Below, in pieces: positions 1 to 9,900 of a stretch of 64,000 nucleotides of DNA. The stretch spans positions 635 through 64,634 of the IMG/VR virus record IMGVR_UViG_3300044707_000321; one strand, given 5' to 3'. Position 1 is the stretch's first letter, and every line of letters begins with the position of its first letter. The stretch comes from a virus. Its lineage: Duplodnaviria; Caudoviricetes. A model generated the notes under the pieces. It made no database searches. It had not been told where the DNA came from and saw nothing but the letters and a program-made list of their open reading frames with translations. A program made the translations under genes and the position numbers.

Positions 1-3000
1 TGCTTATTGTCACCCGCACCCACGGGGATCGCTTCCCCTACCCTAATTCCACCATCAAATCCGTAGTCCTTGGGACTTCCGGCAATCGTTAATCTAGCCC
101 TTTCGGGGGATTCCGAGCGAACATCCACCTCCCGATCCTGCATCGTGGCCGTGTCCGTAACCCGCACCCTGAATAGGTTGCCGGCCTCCTCCTTGGTGTC
201 TTTTGCAACAACCGGTGCGGTCTTTACTTTTTCCTTATCCTGCTTCTGCTCAAGCATTGACCGAGCGTTCACTACGCTCCTACCTTGAGCTAGAGCAGAG
301 ATCGTCGAGGCAGTATTTCGATATTGGTCGATTGCCCTTTGCGATACGACGACGGCCCCGTTCTTGTCTTTACCAAATACCGGAGATCCATCTGGAAGCT
401 CTTCTGCCATTTCGTCAAACGAAAGTTCTCCTCCTGAGGCATACTTAGCCAATGCCCGTACTGGGCCTAGCTTTGCTTCTGATACAACTTTGCCCTTTTC
501 GTCTGTTACGGTCTGAGCCGGAAACCTAGAAAGCTCTTCCTGAATCTGGTTCTGCATTTCTGCACCAACCGTAACCGCAGGAATAATCTGCCTCCGTTGA
601 GCGTATAATTGCGCCCCTTCATTGAGTAAATCCCGCTTCCTATCTCCTTTTGCCTTGGGTAGCTCAAGTTCGATAGAAGCAATCCGTGTGTCGATAGAGT
701 TTAACCGAGTCTCCTGCTTGCTTATCTCTTTGGGGGTATATTCAGAAAGATCAGGATTTGTTACCCTTTGCCCAATAGGTAGCGCATTGAGCGACTCCTC
801 TTTGGCCTTTCCAAAATCTGCCATCAGCTTGCGAATATCGGTAGATCTCTTGTTTTGCGATTGAGCCGTTTGAGCCAAGGCAACCATAGCCGGCACAAAT
901 GCCTCTACTGCTCCACCAATCTTGAAGCTCTGCCATACATCTTCAGTGAGATCGACATTCGGCATGTTGTCGAAGTACTTCTTGGTGCGGTTTAACATGT
1001 ATTGCTGGTATCCTTCAGCACTACCACCAAGAAGTCCGGAAACTGCCGTTGCGCCGAGCGCATCCCCAAGTGCCTTTGTAGTGATCTTGTTAAATAATGG
1101 CTTAACCAACTTGAAAAGTTTTATCTCTAATAGATTTGATACGATTTCTGCCGGTGCGCCTTTTGCTATGTAATTCAATGCACCTTGATGGGCCGAGAGC
1201 CTGTCAAACTCAGAACCGTTCTTAATAGCGGTTTGTTCCGCATCCTGCATGTACTCGTCGTACATCCCTGCGGAAACTGCGCCTCCCATTAGATAAGGGC
1301 CAACGAAAGGTATGAGGGCCGGCCCGATTTGTGCCGGAAGCTCGGATAAACCTTTAGCAAACTGTCCGACATCCGTTGATAGGAACTGCTCGGAAACCGG
1401 TAAAGCCTCCTCGACGTTTTTAGCTTCTTTACGTAGGTACTCCGATGCCATCCGGAGGCTGTTCACGAAATAGTTGGTAGTTCCAATATCGTAGGTCTTT
1501 CCGCCAATCATTACCTGATTGTAAGGATCCGGAACTGCGCTCTTATCGTATTTACCGGTCTTAGCTTTTTGTGCTTCCCTTAGAAGCTCACCAAAACTGA
1601 CTTCTCTTGCCCCGTCTCCCATGCCTATTGAGACGGATCCGGCCTTTACGTCCGGTGACAATGTTTCTGCACCTACCCCACCAAACGAGGATAGTCTTGC
1701 TTGTCTCTGTTCGTAAGTTTCACCAAAGATAAACTGAGTTCTAGGATCGTTCTCACCGGCAACAATATCCGCCATCGCCCCAATCATACGCATGCCCATG
1801 GCCGGCGAACTGCGGAGCATTAGGTTGAAAACATCCATGTCCCAAAAGTCTGCGTCGCTCCCGTTATACTTCTTTTTGGCTTGCTGATAGTACATCCGGA
1901 GGGATTCGGAAACTTCCTTATCCATTCCAAGGTCATTTGCCTCTTTCATTGAAGCCTCGAATGCCTTGTCGTCCATCGCTCTTACCGCATTGTCGATCTT
2001 GGGCATTACGACCGTTTTGAATGTGTCCTGTTTAACTTTCTCTTGTTGCTCAACCTTTGCCTGTAAGGACTCGTAAGAAGATCGCCTCTCTTGATCTGCC
2101 GTTTTTGCTTCATTCTCAAGATTGCGCTGGGCGTCAAACATCGCTCCCATGCGTGTACCAATCGACTTAAACCCGCCTTTTTCGTCGAATGTTCCTACTT
2201 CCTTATCGAATACCCCTTTTGATTCCTCGTACTTGGAAACATGACCCTGCCTCTGTTGGTTAAGGTTTTCTGCTTGTTGAGCCAAGGCATTGATTCGACC
2301 GGCAACCTCAGGAGTTATCTTCCCACCCGTCATCGCCTTGAGTTCCGTCATCCGATCTTGTAGCCCTTTGAGTTGGTTATCGATTGAAGTAACCGCATCG
2401 GCACTAGCGTTTAGATTCGAATACAATGCCCGTACTTTTTCGTTCTCCTTCGTGGCAACTTCGTTCGCTAGAATCTTTGCATCAGTAACCCGTTTTTCGT
2501 ACTTATCGTCAGCTTCTCTTAGCGTTGCCGTCTCCTGCATCGGCAAGGCAGGACTCTTTTTGGATGATTCGGGTTGCTCTCCCCCGTCAATCATCGTGTT
2601 TCCGACTAGCTGGGTTCTATCTTCAGTTTTTTTTTGAGACTGCTCTAGGGTTTTTCTGCCTTGTTCGTTCAGCTTATTGCGAATGTCGATTAAAACTTGA
2701 TCCTTTTCAGGATTATCAATCCCCTTGCGCTTCAAGTATTCTGCGCCTCTATCACTACTCAAGAAGTCTAGTCTTGCTCTCTCAGCATTTGACCAAGCAG
2801 ATAGACTCTGACTTGCCTCGAAATCCTCACGCTGGACTTTAGCTTCTAGCATTGATTCGCTGAAGGCTTGCGCTTTTTTCGCCCCGTCCTCGATTGCCTT
2901 ATCAATTTCAGCCTTCTTCGCTAGCTTCTCAGGCGAATCCGGAAGCATGTCGTTTTCCTGCGACGCCTTGGCAAGTTGGGCCATCTGAAGTTTATGATCG

Positions 3001-3809
3001 TCAAGATCTGCCTTAACCTTGAGTTCTTGGCGTACAAACGAGTTCCTTGTTTCCTTAAGAAGATTGTCGTTCTGCTTCTCTCTTGCTTGTTCTGCCACAC
3101 CTCGGATCGTTTCGTCACCAGAGGTAAGACCTTCATCGACTGTTCCAACGAATTGATCCTCTGATAGCTTGTTTTTCCGGAAGAGTTGGTTTGGCTTGAT
3201 CTTGGATTCTGCGATAGGCGCATCTTTATCCGGATCCTCTGTCTCTACTTCGCCAAGTTCGTTCCTGCGGGTTTTTACGTTTCGACCGTCTAACCCCTTT
3301 TGGATCTTCCAAGGGGTAGCATCAAACATCGGCTTGTTCTCTTCATTGACCTGAGCCTGAACATCACCAAAAGCATCAGTATAAAACTTTTGTCCCGCCT
3401 TCCTGAATTGCCCCTCCTTTTCACTATTCTGTCCCTTCTTAAAATCTGCTTCCTGTTGCTTCTGAGCCTTGGCATCTGCTACTTGCTTTGCCCTCTCCTC
3501 CCTAGCCTTCAACTGGGCTTGGGCGGAGTCGATCCTAGTATTGAATTGATCCGCTTTGTTTGCGTAATCAATCTCGCTCTTGAAGTTTTTCCTAGCGTAA
3601 GGATCCTTGATATACCTGAAATCTATTCCGGAAGGGTTCGGATTTACCGGACTAGCATAAGCCATGGCAGAACCAGTTGGTTCTACCGGATCCGCCTCTT
3701 TTGGGTCGAAATCAACATCCTCAAGTTTAACTGGATCGATCCCGACGCCTTTTGAGTCAGGTAGGCGACTAGCTCCCTTTGAGTCGTCAAAGATGTTTTC
3801 TAGGCTCAC
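1..3809 (-). CDS. N-terminal ~1270 aa of a giant virion/ejection protein, truncated at the left edge; probably the 5' part of the 50551-64000 gene
   Basis: Absent from the ORF track, consistent with no stop before the edge. GTG at 3809 opens MSLENIFDDSKGASRLP...; same frame still open at the edge (...GEAIPVGAGDNK); charged helical N-terminus and Gly/Ala-rich hydrophobic helices at ~880-1370. Frame spot-checked, not every codon read. Confidence 0.8.
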   Translation of the reverse strand, partial: MSLENIFDDSKGASRLPDSKGVGIDPVKLEDVDFDPKEADPVEPTGSAMAYASPVNPNPSGIDFRYIKDPYARKNFKSEIDYANKADQFNTRIDSAQAQLKAREERAKQVADAKAQKQQEADFKKGQNSEKEGQFRKAGQKFYTDAFGDVQAQVNEENKPMFDATPWKIQKGLDGRNVKTRRNELGEVETEDPDKDAPIAESKIKPNQLFRKNKLSEDQFVGTVDEGLTSGDETIRGVAEQAREKQNDNLLKETRNSFVRQELKVKADLDDHKLQMAQLAKASQENDMLPDSPEKLAKKAEIDKAIEDGAKKAQAFSESMLEAKVQREDFEASQSLSAWSNAERARLDFLSSDRGAEYLKRKGIDNPEKDQVLIDIRNKLNEQGRKTLEQSQKKTEDRTQLVGNTMIDGGEQPESSKKSPALPMQETATLREADDKYEKRVTDAKILANEVATKENEKVRALYSNLNASADAVTSIDNQLKGLQDRMTELKAMTGGKITPEVAGRINALAQQAENLNQQRQGHVSKYEESKGVFDKEVGTFDEKGGFKSIGTRMGAMFDAQRNLENEAKTADQERRSSYESLQAKVEQQEKVKQDTFKTVVMPKIDNAVRAMDDKAFEASMKEANDLGMDKEVSESLRMYYQQAKKKYNGSDADFWDMDVFNLMLRSSPAMGMRMIGAMADIVAGENDPRTQFIFGETYEQRQARLSSFGGVGAETLSPDVKAGSVSIGMGDGAREVSFGELLREAQKAKTGKYDKSAVPDPYNQVMIGGKTYDIGTTNYFVNSLRMASEYLRKEAKNVEEALPVSEQFLSTDVGQFAKGLSELPAQIGPALIPFVGPYLMGGAVSAGMYDEYMQDAEQTAIKNGSEFDRLSAHQGALNYIAKGAPAEIVSNLLEIKLFKLVKPLFNKITTKALGDALGATAVSGLLGGSAEGYQQYMLNRTKKYFDNMPNVDLTEDVWQSFKIGGAVEAFVPAMVALAQTAQSQNKRSTDIRKLMADFGKAKEESLNALPIGQRVTNPDLSEYTPKEISKQETRLNSIDTRIASIELELPKAKGDRKRDLLNEGAQLYAQRRQIIPAVTVGAEMQNQIQEELSRFPAQTVTDEKGKVVSEAKLGPVRALAKYASGGELSFDEMAEELPDGSPVFGKDKNGAVVVSQRAIDQYRNTASTISALAQGRSVVNARSMLEQKQDKEKVKTAPVVAKDTKEEAGNLFRVRVTDTATMQDREVDVRSESPERARLTIAGSPKDYGFDGGIRVGEAIPVGAGDNK

Positions 3810-3812
3810 GGA

Positions 3813-4040
3813 TTAAAGACTTACACGTTTCTGTGCTGATTCTCTATTTGCCTGTTTATTTGCTTCCATCTTTGCCTGTTTCTCCGATTTTCTGCCCTCG
3901 CTCTTCATCTTGTCATCCCAATCCCCGCCTTGGTTATTGGCTTCTGAGACAGATAGTCTCTTTTTCCACTTCTTTGGTTTCCATTCATCTGGAAAGTCTG
4001 TTTGCATCGGCACTGCAAACATTTGAGAGTCGTTTTCCAT
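3813..4040 (-). CDS. Small charged hypothetical protein
   Basis: 75 aa ORF tightly packed between the 590-aa gene and the giant gene. Confidence 0.6.
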   Translation of the reverse strand: MENDSQMFAVPMQTDFPDEWKPKKWKKRLSVSEANNQGGDWDDKMKSEGRKSEKQAKMEANKQANRESAQKRVSL

Positions 4041-4045
4041 ATTAT

Positions 4046-5818
4046 TTAAGCAACCATCGGCCCTTCGTTTGGATTTTTCTTCTTCTTTCTAGCTAAATCG
4101 TTTGCGTCGGCAGTTTCACCGGATGCCGGAGGCCCATTGTAGCCGACGTCTCCTTCATATTTAGGAGTGCTTGGTTTCGAGTCTTTTGCAGGAGCGTTGT
4201 CTTTATAGGGAACTTCTAGGGGCTTATCGCTAACACGGGCAAATGCGCTTTTGTCCACGGAACCATCTTGCTTAAAGAAGTCGTAAGGTTTTGCTACTTC
4301 TGGTTTTGCGCTCGCCATCTCCATCTTTTGCTTATCGAAGTCCTTCGACATGTCTTGCACCTTCTTGTCGCCACTTCGTTGCGCTAATACAGATTGGTAC
4401 TGCTTATCGGAGTCTAGCTTCGACGCATCATAGTTATTGCGAGCTAGCGCAGAAATCCGATCCTTGTCGTCCAGAGCATTGTAATCCGCTTTCTTGGTAG
4501 GGGATCTGCCATTTGTTGTGTTGTAATCATCGATATTGCCGGCCATGTAAATCTGCTGAATGTCCTTAGTTGATTGATTCCTAGCACTTTTTTCGTCCAT
4601 GCCACCAGCAACTAGCTCTTTGTATCTATTGGATTTTAATCCATCAATCTTGTCGTCGGTTGATTGTGACGTTGTTGCCATGGATCCTGCTGAACCATCT
4701 GCATTCTTAATCGTTGTCCTTGCCATGCCCCCCGACTGCTCTCTTCCGGTAACGATCTGAGGGGCTTCACCCATTCTTTTGTCGATGTCTGCAAAGGCAG
4801 TGCGATCAGCTACATACCCTTTTTCTGTACGTTCACGTTCCCTGTCAAAACCAAGTGTTCTTCCGCTTGCTAACTGTCTTGCGTCCTCGTCACGTCTTGC
4901 ACTCGCCTGAATGCCCTTGTCATATTCCATTTTAATTTTTTCACGTTCATCTTGGTACTCGTTTCTTGCCCGTGCATCACCCATTTTCCTTTCGGCACTA
5001 TTGTCAGTGTTGTATCTGCTATTTAGTGCCAAACCATCCTGAGCAGTCTGAATATCTCTTAATCTTGAACCCATCGGGCTTTTGTTGAATTGGGTATCGT
5101 AATCACTTACCGCAGAGGGACGTGTTTTCTTAAATGCGTTGTATGACTCGGAGTCAGTATAACCGTACCCTTCTTTATCTTTGTCCTCCTTGGCCTTAAG
5201 CTCAGGCGAAGATCCTGCCGGCTGGGAGGATTGGGTTGGCTTAGTCGATCCTGCCGGTTGAGATCCGCCAACCTTGCCCTCTGCGTTTGCTACCCCTGCC
5301 ACCTGAACTTCCCCGTTATTGGACGAAGGCTCAGGTACGGGTTTCGCATTGTTTCCAGTTGTCGGATTTTTCTTTGCGTATGTATCAATAATATCCTGAT
5401 TATACCTTGGATCCACAACACGCTTCCCGTCCTTATTCGTAATCATTACACCACCACTTGTCCCAACATTCTGATCGTATTGCTTCCACTGTTGTTGCGG
5501 GGATGGAGTCTTGCTTTGACGTCCCGACAAGTCGTAGCTCTGACTTAATTCTGCTTTGAATGCTTCTTTTTCTGCATCCGTAGCGGTTGCACCTTTTTCA
5601 GCCTCGAATCTATAACGTGCTTTATCCCTATCAGGGAGATCTTTGTACCAACTCAAGGATTTAGAGGCTATGTCGCTTTCTTCTGCTTCGCTCAGTCTCC
5701 TACGACGCTCACTTGTGCTGTTTCTACGCTTCGCTATCTCATTTGCCCTATTTTTTTCGTAATATGCCCCATAACCGGTATCCGCAATAGGCGCAGAGAA
5801 GTTGCTGTTTTCAGCCAT
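4046..5818 (-). CDS. Putative internal virion/ejection protein (590 aa, hydrophilic, low complexity)
   Basis: Long ORF rich in K/D/E/S/Q just upstream of the giant gene; function inferred from position only. Confidence 0.55.
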   Translation of the reverse strand: MAENSNFSAPIADTGYGAYYEKNRANEIAKRRNSTSERRRRLSEAEESDIASKSLSWYKDLPDRDKARYRFEAEKGATATDAEKEAFKAELSQSYDLSGRQSKTPSPQQQWKQYDQNVGTSGGVMITNKDGKRVVDPRYNQDIIDTYAKKNPTTGNNAKPVPEPSSNNGEVQVAGVANAEGKVGGSQPAGSTKPTQSSQPAGSSPELKAKEDKDKEGYGYTDSESYNAFKKTRPSAVSDYDTQFNKSPMGSRLRDIQTAQDGLALNSRYNTDNSAERKMGDARARNEYQDEREKIKMEYDKGIQASARRDEDARQLASGRTLGFDRERERTEKGYVADRTAFADIDKRMGEAPQIVTGREQSGGMARTTIKNADGSAGSMATTSQSTDDKIDGLKSNRYKELVAGGMDEKSARNQSTKDIQQIYMAGNIDDYNTTNGRSPTKKADYNALDDKDRISALARNNYDASKLDSDKQYQSVLAQRSGDKKVQDMSKDFDKQKMEMASAKPEVAKPYDFFKQDGSVDKSAFARVSDKPLEVPYKDNAPAKDSKPSTPKYEGDVGYNGPPASGETADANDLARKKKKNPNEGPMVA

Positions 5819-5852
5819 ACAATGTTGTTAGATTGGCAACAACACATGTCAA
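5819..5852 (-). promoter_or_regulatory. Putative promoter: TTGACA 28 nt upstream of ATG 5818, with a TTGTTGCCA box and a TGTTGTT-N8-AACAACA inverted repeat in the spacer
   Basis: TGTCAA at 5847-5852 and TGGCAACAA at 5834-5842 on the + strand; no Shine-Dalgarno before the ATG. Confidence 0.5.
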
Positions 5853-5855
5853 GCA

Positions 5856-6209
5856 TCACTCTGCCGTTACATCGTAGGGCGACGAGTTGCTTCGATAGAA
5901 TGTTACTACGAATGTCTTAAGCAATCCTCCTATTGAGCCTCGACTGCTACCACTCCTAGATGATGAAGCAATCGTCATTTTTGTGGGTTTATTGATCCCA
6001 AGCTCTTCAATCCTTTGATTCATGAACATCATTATAGCGTAAGCCAGCTTTCTTACATCGCCCGTGCTTTGATTTGCCTCTGCATTTGTAAGCTCGTTTA
6101 GCTTGATTGCATGCGTAGAATTGTTTGTACTGAGCGTGATCTTCTTGTTCGATGATGAATACGAATATCCTGCTCCAAAAAATGTCGTCGGTGATTTATC
6201 GTATGGCAT
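5856..6209 (-). CDS. Small putative virion protein; paralog of the terminal segments of 6211-8106
   Basis: Shares P..F/Y..GYS...I and L.[ED]L....AN..TGD.R....A motifs with the N- and C-termini of the upstream 631-aa protein. Confidence 0.65.
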   Translation of the reverse strand: MPYDKSPTTFFGAGYSYSSSNKKITLSTNNSTHAIKLNELTNAEANQSTGDVRKLAYAIMMFMNQRIEELGINKPTKMTIASSSRSGSSRGSIGGLLKTFVVTFYRSNSSPYDVTAE

Positions 6210-6210
6210 A

Positions 6211-8106
6211 TTAAGGCTCCGGATCCATTACCAGTTCTCCGGATTCAGGAGATATGTCAAAGATAAATGTGTACCTTTCTATGACCCCTGTAAAACTGGG
6301 TTGTAGGGATGTTTCGAATGTTGTTCTAACAGAATTGGTGTCTATTCCTTCAATCAACTCGCAAAGTGCATGGCATATCACACGAAAGTCTCCGGTTGTC
6401 GGATTTGCATTTGCTTCAGATAGATCGGGTAAGGAGATAGCTGGGTTTTCAGATAGTGCCGTAGTTCCGGTAGCATTTGTACCCCCTGAAGAAACGCTCC
6501 CAGTAAAGGATACCGATGGGCTTGTCAGATAGTCCAACCCAGTATTTGTTATAGCTACATTATCAGCTTTGTAGATAATAGTCTTTACCACGTTTGAGTT
6601 GCTTATCCCTCCACCACTAACTGTTATTGTTGGTGCTGACGCATAAATACCTCCATTACCCTGAATGGAAGAGTCTTTCAGGAGAAGTTTCTGATCAAAG
6701 TTTCCCGACTGCACATTATTTGTAAGATCTGCCTCTGTTTTAAGGTTTGTGCTTTGCACTTGCAATAGTTCAGTATATCCGTTTCCTGCACTAGTTACAC
6801 TAATTCTGCTTGAGGCTGTCCCGACCGGCATCTTGAGTGCTTTGATTGCAAAAGATGAAGTACTTATTTGAGCCGTTGTTGAGCTAACAACAGAATAACT
6901 GAAGCTACTGTTAGTAGCGAGAGTCTCACACGACGGATCTGTATGTATATTGTTTATAGCGAATTCAATACCTTGGGTGTCATATCTTCCTCTGTTATTC
7001 CAAGTTATTTCAGGAGATGCAGTTGATTTAACAGTTCTGATTCGAAGCTCATATAGCGCAGGAGCAGTCGGAGTAGCTACTGATATTGCCTCATAGATAG
7101 AATTATCACTGGCAGTTTGCCATGTCATTGTGCTTCCCAGCCATGTAAATGTTGATTGACCATTAGCGACAGTGGCAACAGTTGGTTGATTGTTCCCAGA
7201 ATGTTGCCTACGAATAGTTACATTCTCATCAGGAATAAATAATAATCCATTGTAAAGGTCTGTGAATGTTGCGGGAACACACGAAGTCAAAGGGATAGTG
7301 AACGTTGCTCCTCCATTGTAATACGGAGTTTGGTTTGTTATTGAGAGCGACGGGGCCGATGTTCCATCTGTTTTGAAGTAATAGCTTGTATTGGTAGGCT
7401 TAGTAAATGAAGTAAGTTCAAACGATGGCTCAATCGACTTAAGTTTTAAGGAATAACCTTGTAGCGTGCTTTTGGCTTGTCCGGTAGCCCAGCTATTAAG
7501 GATTACAATATCGTCAGATAATTGTCCCTCGTTGTCTGCGTTTATTGTAGCAGTTCCAAGAACTACGCTTGTATTTGCTGAATCTACGATTTGAACGGAT
7601 GATTCGTCTGATCGCTTGTAATTGCCCGATCCTGTTGCCGGAGTGACGAGGCTTGCAACATGCAGACCTGACGAGCTATCCAGTGAAGATATTACTGCAT
7701 CGGAATATGTTCCGTTCGGGCCTGAAACTGAGACTGTTGGAGTTGTGCTTATGTCGTAGAACATATCTACGTTTGGAGATACACTTGCTAATCCAAAAAG
7801 AGGGTTTGCTCCGCTTGCTCCACTTACTTGTATTGACACTGACTCTGGTGAAGCTGTTTCTACTAAGCCAGACGCTCCGGTGGATGAAAAAGTTATGCCC
7901 TTTAGGGCCATATTTACAGTTGCAGAAGCCCCGCTACCAGATCCTCCGGAGAATGCAACTGAAGCGGTTGGCGTCGTGTAGGATCCGCCATCAGTCACCG
8001 TTACGCTCGCAACCTTCTTGCCCGTGTTTCCCGCAATCGTGAAAGATATAGTATTCCCCGTTGCACTATAACCTTGAATATACTGGGCTGGGGGAAACTC
8101 GGCCAT
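6211..8106 (-). CDS. Putative virion decoration/fibre protein (631 aa, Ser/Thr-rich beta repeats)
   Basis: Repeats such as VASVTVTDGGSYT..., ISVTSAGNGYT and VAITNTGLDYLTSPSVSF resemble phage structural beta modules. Confidence 0.65.
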   Translation of the reverse strand: MAEFPPAQYIQGYSATGNTISFTIAGNTGKKVASVTVTDGGSYTTPTASVAFSGGSGSGASATVNMALKGITFSSTGASGLVETASPESVSIQVSGASGANPLFGLASVSPNVDMFYDISTTPTVSVSGPNGTYSDAVISSLDSSSGLHVASLVTPATGSGNYKRSDESSVQIVDSANTSVVLGTATINADNEGQLSDDIVILNSWATGQAKSTLQGYSLKLKSIEPSFELTSFTKPTNTSYYFKTDGTSAPSLSITNQTPYYNGGATFTIPLTSCVPATFTDLYNGLLFIPDENVTIRRQHSGNNQPTVATVANGQSTFTWLGSTMTWQTASDNSIYEAISVATPTAPALYELRIRTVKSTASPEITWNNRGRYDTQGIEFAINNIHTDPSCETLATNSSFSYSVVSSTTAQISTSSFAIKALKMPVGTASSRISVTSAGNGYTELLQVQSTNLKTEADLTNNVQSGNFDQKLLLKDSSIQGNGGIYASAPTITVSGGGISNSNVVKTIIYKADNVAITNTGLDYLTSPSVSFTGSVSSGGTNATGTTALSENPAISLPDLSEANANPTTGDFRVICHALCELIEGIDTNSVRTTFETSLQPSFTGVIERYTFIFDISPESGELVMDPEP

Positions 8107-8139
8107 TTTGTCTATGAATTAGGTTCGTGTGTTAGTGCG

Positions 8140-9900
8140 TCAAGCATAGCTTCTGCGGTTTGCCTGTAAGGATTTCTCTGCGGTTAGCAAATCCCTCGGA
8201 AGTCCTCTTGTGGATGAAGGCGCAAGATATGGAGTTGCACCGTCGATTGTCGCTACTGCGATTGATAGTGCCAAAACATCGTCATCATGGTTTCCACTCA
8301 TCGCCTCGGCCTTGCCTGAATCCGTAATCACAAACGTCTTAAGCTCTGAAAGGATGTTCGGGCAATAGATATTGATTCCACCACCATCCATATCCCCGTC
8401 CCTGATTGCCGTGGCTAGTGTTTCAATCGCCAGTGTCCTTGTCTTTTCGGTTGTTTGCCATCCAAGTGCCTTCGCCTTCTTGGATTCCCGTAAATTGAAG
8501 ATTTCCCGCTGATAGATCGGCGTTTGAGCGTCCTTTAGCAATTCAATTAAGGCCAATCCGGAGTTATTTACCTCAGGAACGACCATGCAACCACCAAAGA
8601 ACCTCGAAAGCCTGTCCACGAAGAGGGCAAGAACGTCAATATCAACCCTGCAAGGAGGCTTGAGCCTACCCACCACGGAAGGCGGGATCCATTTACCGGA
8701 TACAAAAGCACCGGACGCTAGCACGACCACTGAATGACAGTCCGGCTCCCTTGTAGATCCTGCCACCTGACTTGCGCCAGTCATCGTATCGACCCCAATC
8801 AGATACCGGCGACCGTACTCCGGCCTTTCCCATAGCCACAACCATGCCTCGGAGGATCCGGTGGGCCGGAACACAACCGAATTGCCGGAAGGATCAAGCA
8901 CACCCTCGGTTCTCTGCTTCTTTCTGGTCAGAACCTCGATTCTCTCAACCCCTGACCGGTCAAACCTTGGCCGGCCTGACGTTAAGAAGCATGAAACGTC
9001 GTCGGTGGGGTATTCCTGATTGAAAAGTTCAGCATCTCCACCGCATTTCTCCCCCACGATCCGGCGACGCCAAGCAAGATTCGGTATCGTCGCACCCAAA
9101 CCCATCAGATTTCTCTCTGAATCTGTGATAGACGCCTTAATTTCCTCTTCTTTCTCAGCCGGCAACGTTTCGACTGAATCGGCAAAGCTATACCAAGGCC
9201 AAAAGACACGGATAAACCCGTTCCCCTTCTTTCCTTTTTTGAAGTCCTCGAACCAAACGGCTTTTTGCCACCTCTCGTAGAATGCACCGGACGCACCGTT
9301 AGGGGTAGATTCAACAATGACTAGAGTTTTAGGCTCATCAGGTACGCAGTTCAGAATCGAAAGGAGTACGCTTTCGGCATTCCGTTCGCCACGCTTCTTC
9401 CAGTGTGCGACCTCCGACGCCAAGACAACCTGAAACGTCGATGACATGCCGGCCCGTGGATCGTTTGCAGTTTCCTTGTGGCAACTTGAATCATTTGAAA
9501 ATGCCAACTTTGTCTTAAACCATTCGTTGCTCCATGCATGATCGTCCATGTCTGCATATCGGCTGAAGATTTCCGCAAGATTGTTTGACGTATCCAACTC
9601 GTCCCCGATCAAAGCACACCTAGCACCTGAAAAACGACGCAAGAAGGTATAAACGCAAGCGCAGGAAACTGTTGAGGATCCCTTCTGACGAGGCTTAAGG
9701 ATAACGATTCTAGGACGCTCGTTATTTTCAATACACCACTCAATCACTTCCGAAACGAACTTTTGAAAATCATTCGGTTTGGGCCTGACGAGATTACCGG
9801 CCTTGTTTTTAATGATTCCAGACGTTGCCATCCAGAGTGCCGGACTCGTTTCGATTACCGAATCCAGACTCATAAACCGAGAATCCTGTGAAACGGACAT
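8140..9900 (-). CDS. terL: Terminase large subunit
   Basis: Walker A LKPRQKGSST, Walker B VLASEVAHW, coupling motif IVESTPNG, RNase H-like nuclease IGVD...HDDDV. Confidence 0.95.
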   Translation of the reverse strand: MSVSQDSRFMSLDSVIETSPALWMATSGIIKNKAGNLVRPKPNDFQKFVSEVIEWCIENNERPRIVILKPRQKGSSTVSCACVYTFLRRFSGARCALIGDELDTSNNLAEIFSRYADMDDHAWSNEWFKTKLAFSNDSSCHKETANDPRAGMSSTFQVVLASEVAHWKKRGERNAESVLLSILNCVPDEPKTLVIVESTPNGASGAFYERWQKAVWFEDFKKGKKGNGFIRVFWPWYSFADSVETLPAEKEEEIKASITDSERNLMGLGATIPNLAWRRRIVGEKCGGDAELFNQEYPTDDVSCFLTSGRPRFDRSGVERIEVLTRKKQRTEGVLDPSGNSVVFRPTGSSEAWLWLWERPEYGRRYLIGVDTMTGASQVAGSTREPDCHSVVVLASGAFVSGKWIPPSVVGRLKPPCRVDIDVLALFVDRLSRFFGGCMVVPEVNNSGLALIELLKDAQTPIYQREIFNLRESKKAKALGWQTTEKTRTLAIETLATAIRDGDMDGGGINIYCPNILSELKTFVITDSGKAEAMSGNHDDDVLALSIAVATIDGATPYLAPSSTRGLPRDLLTAEKSLQANRRSYA

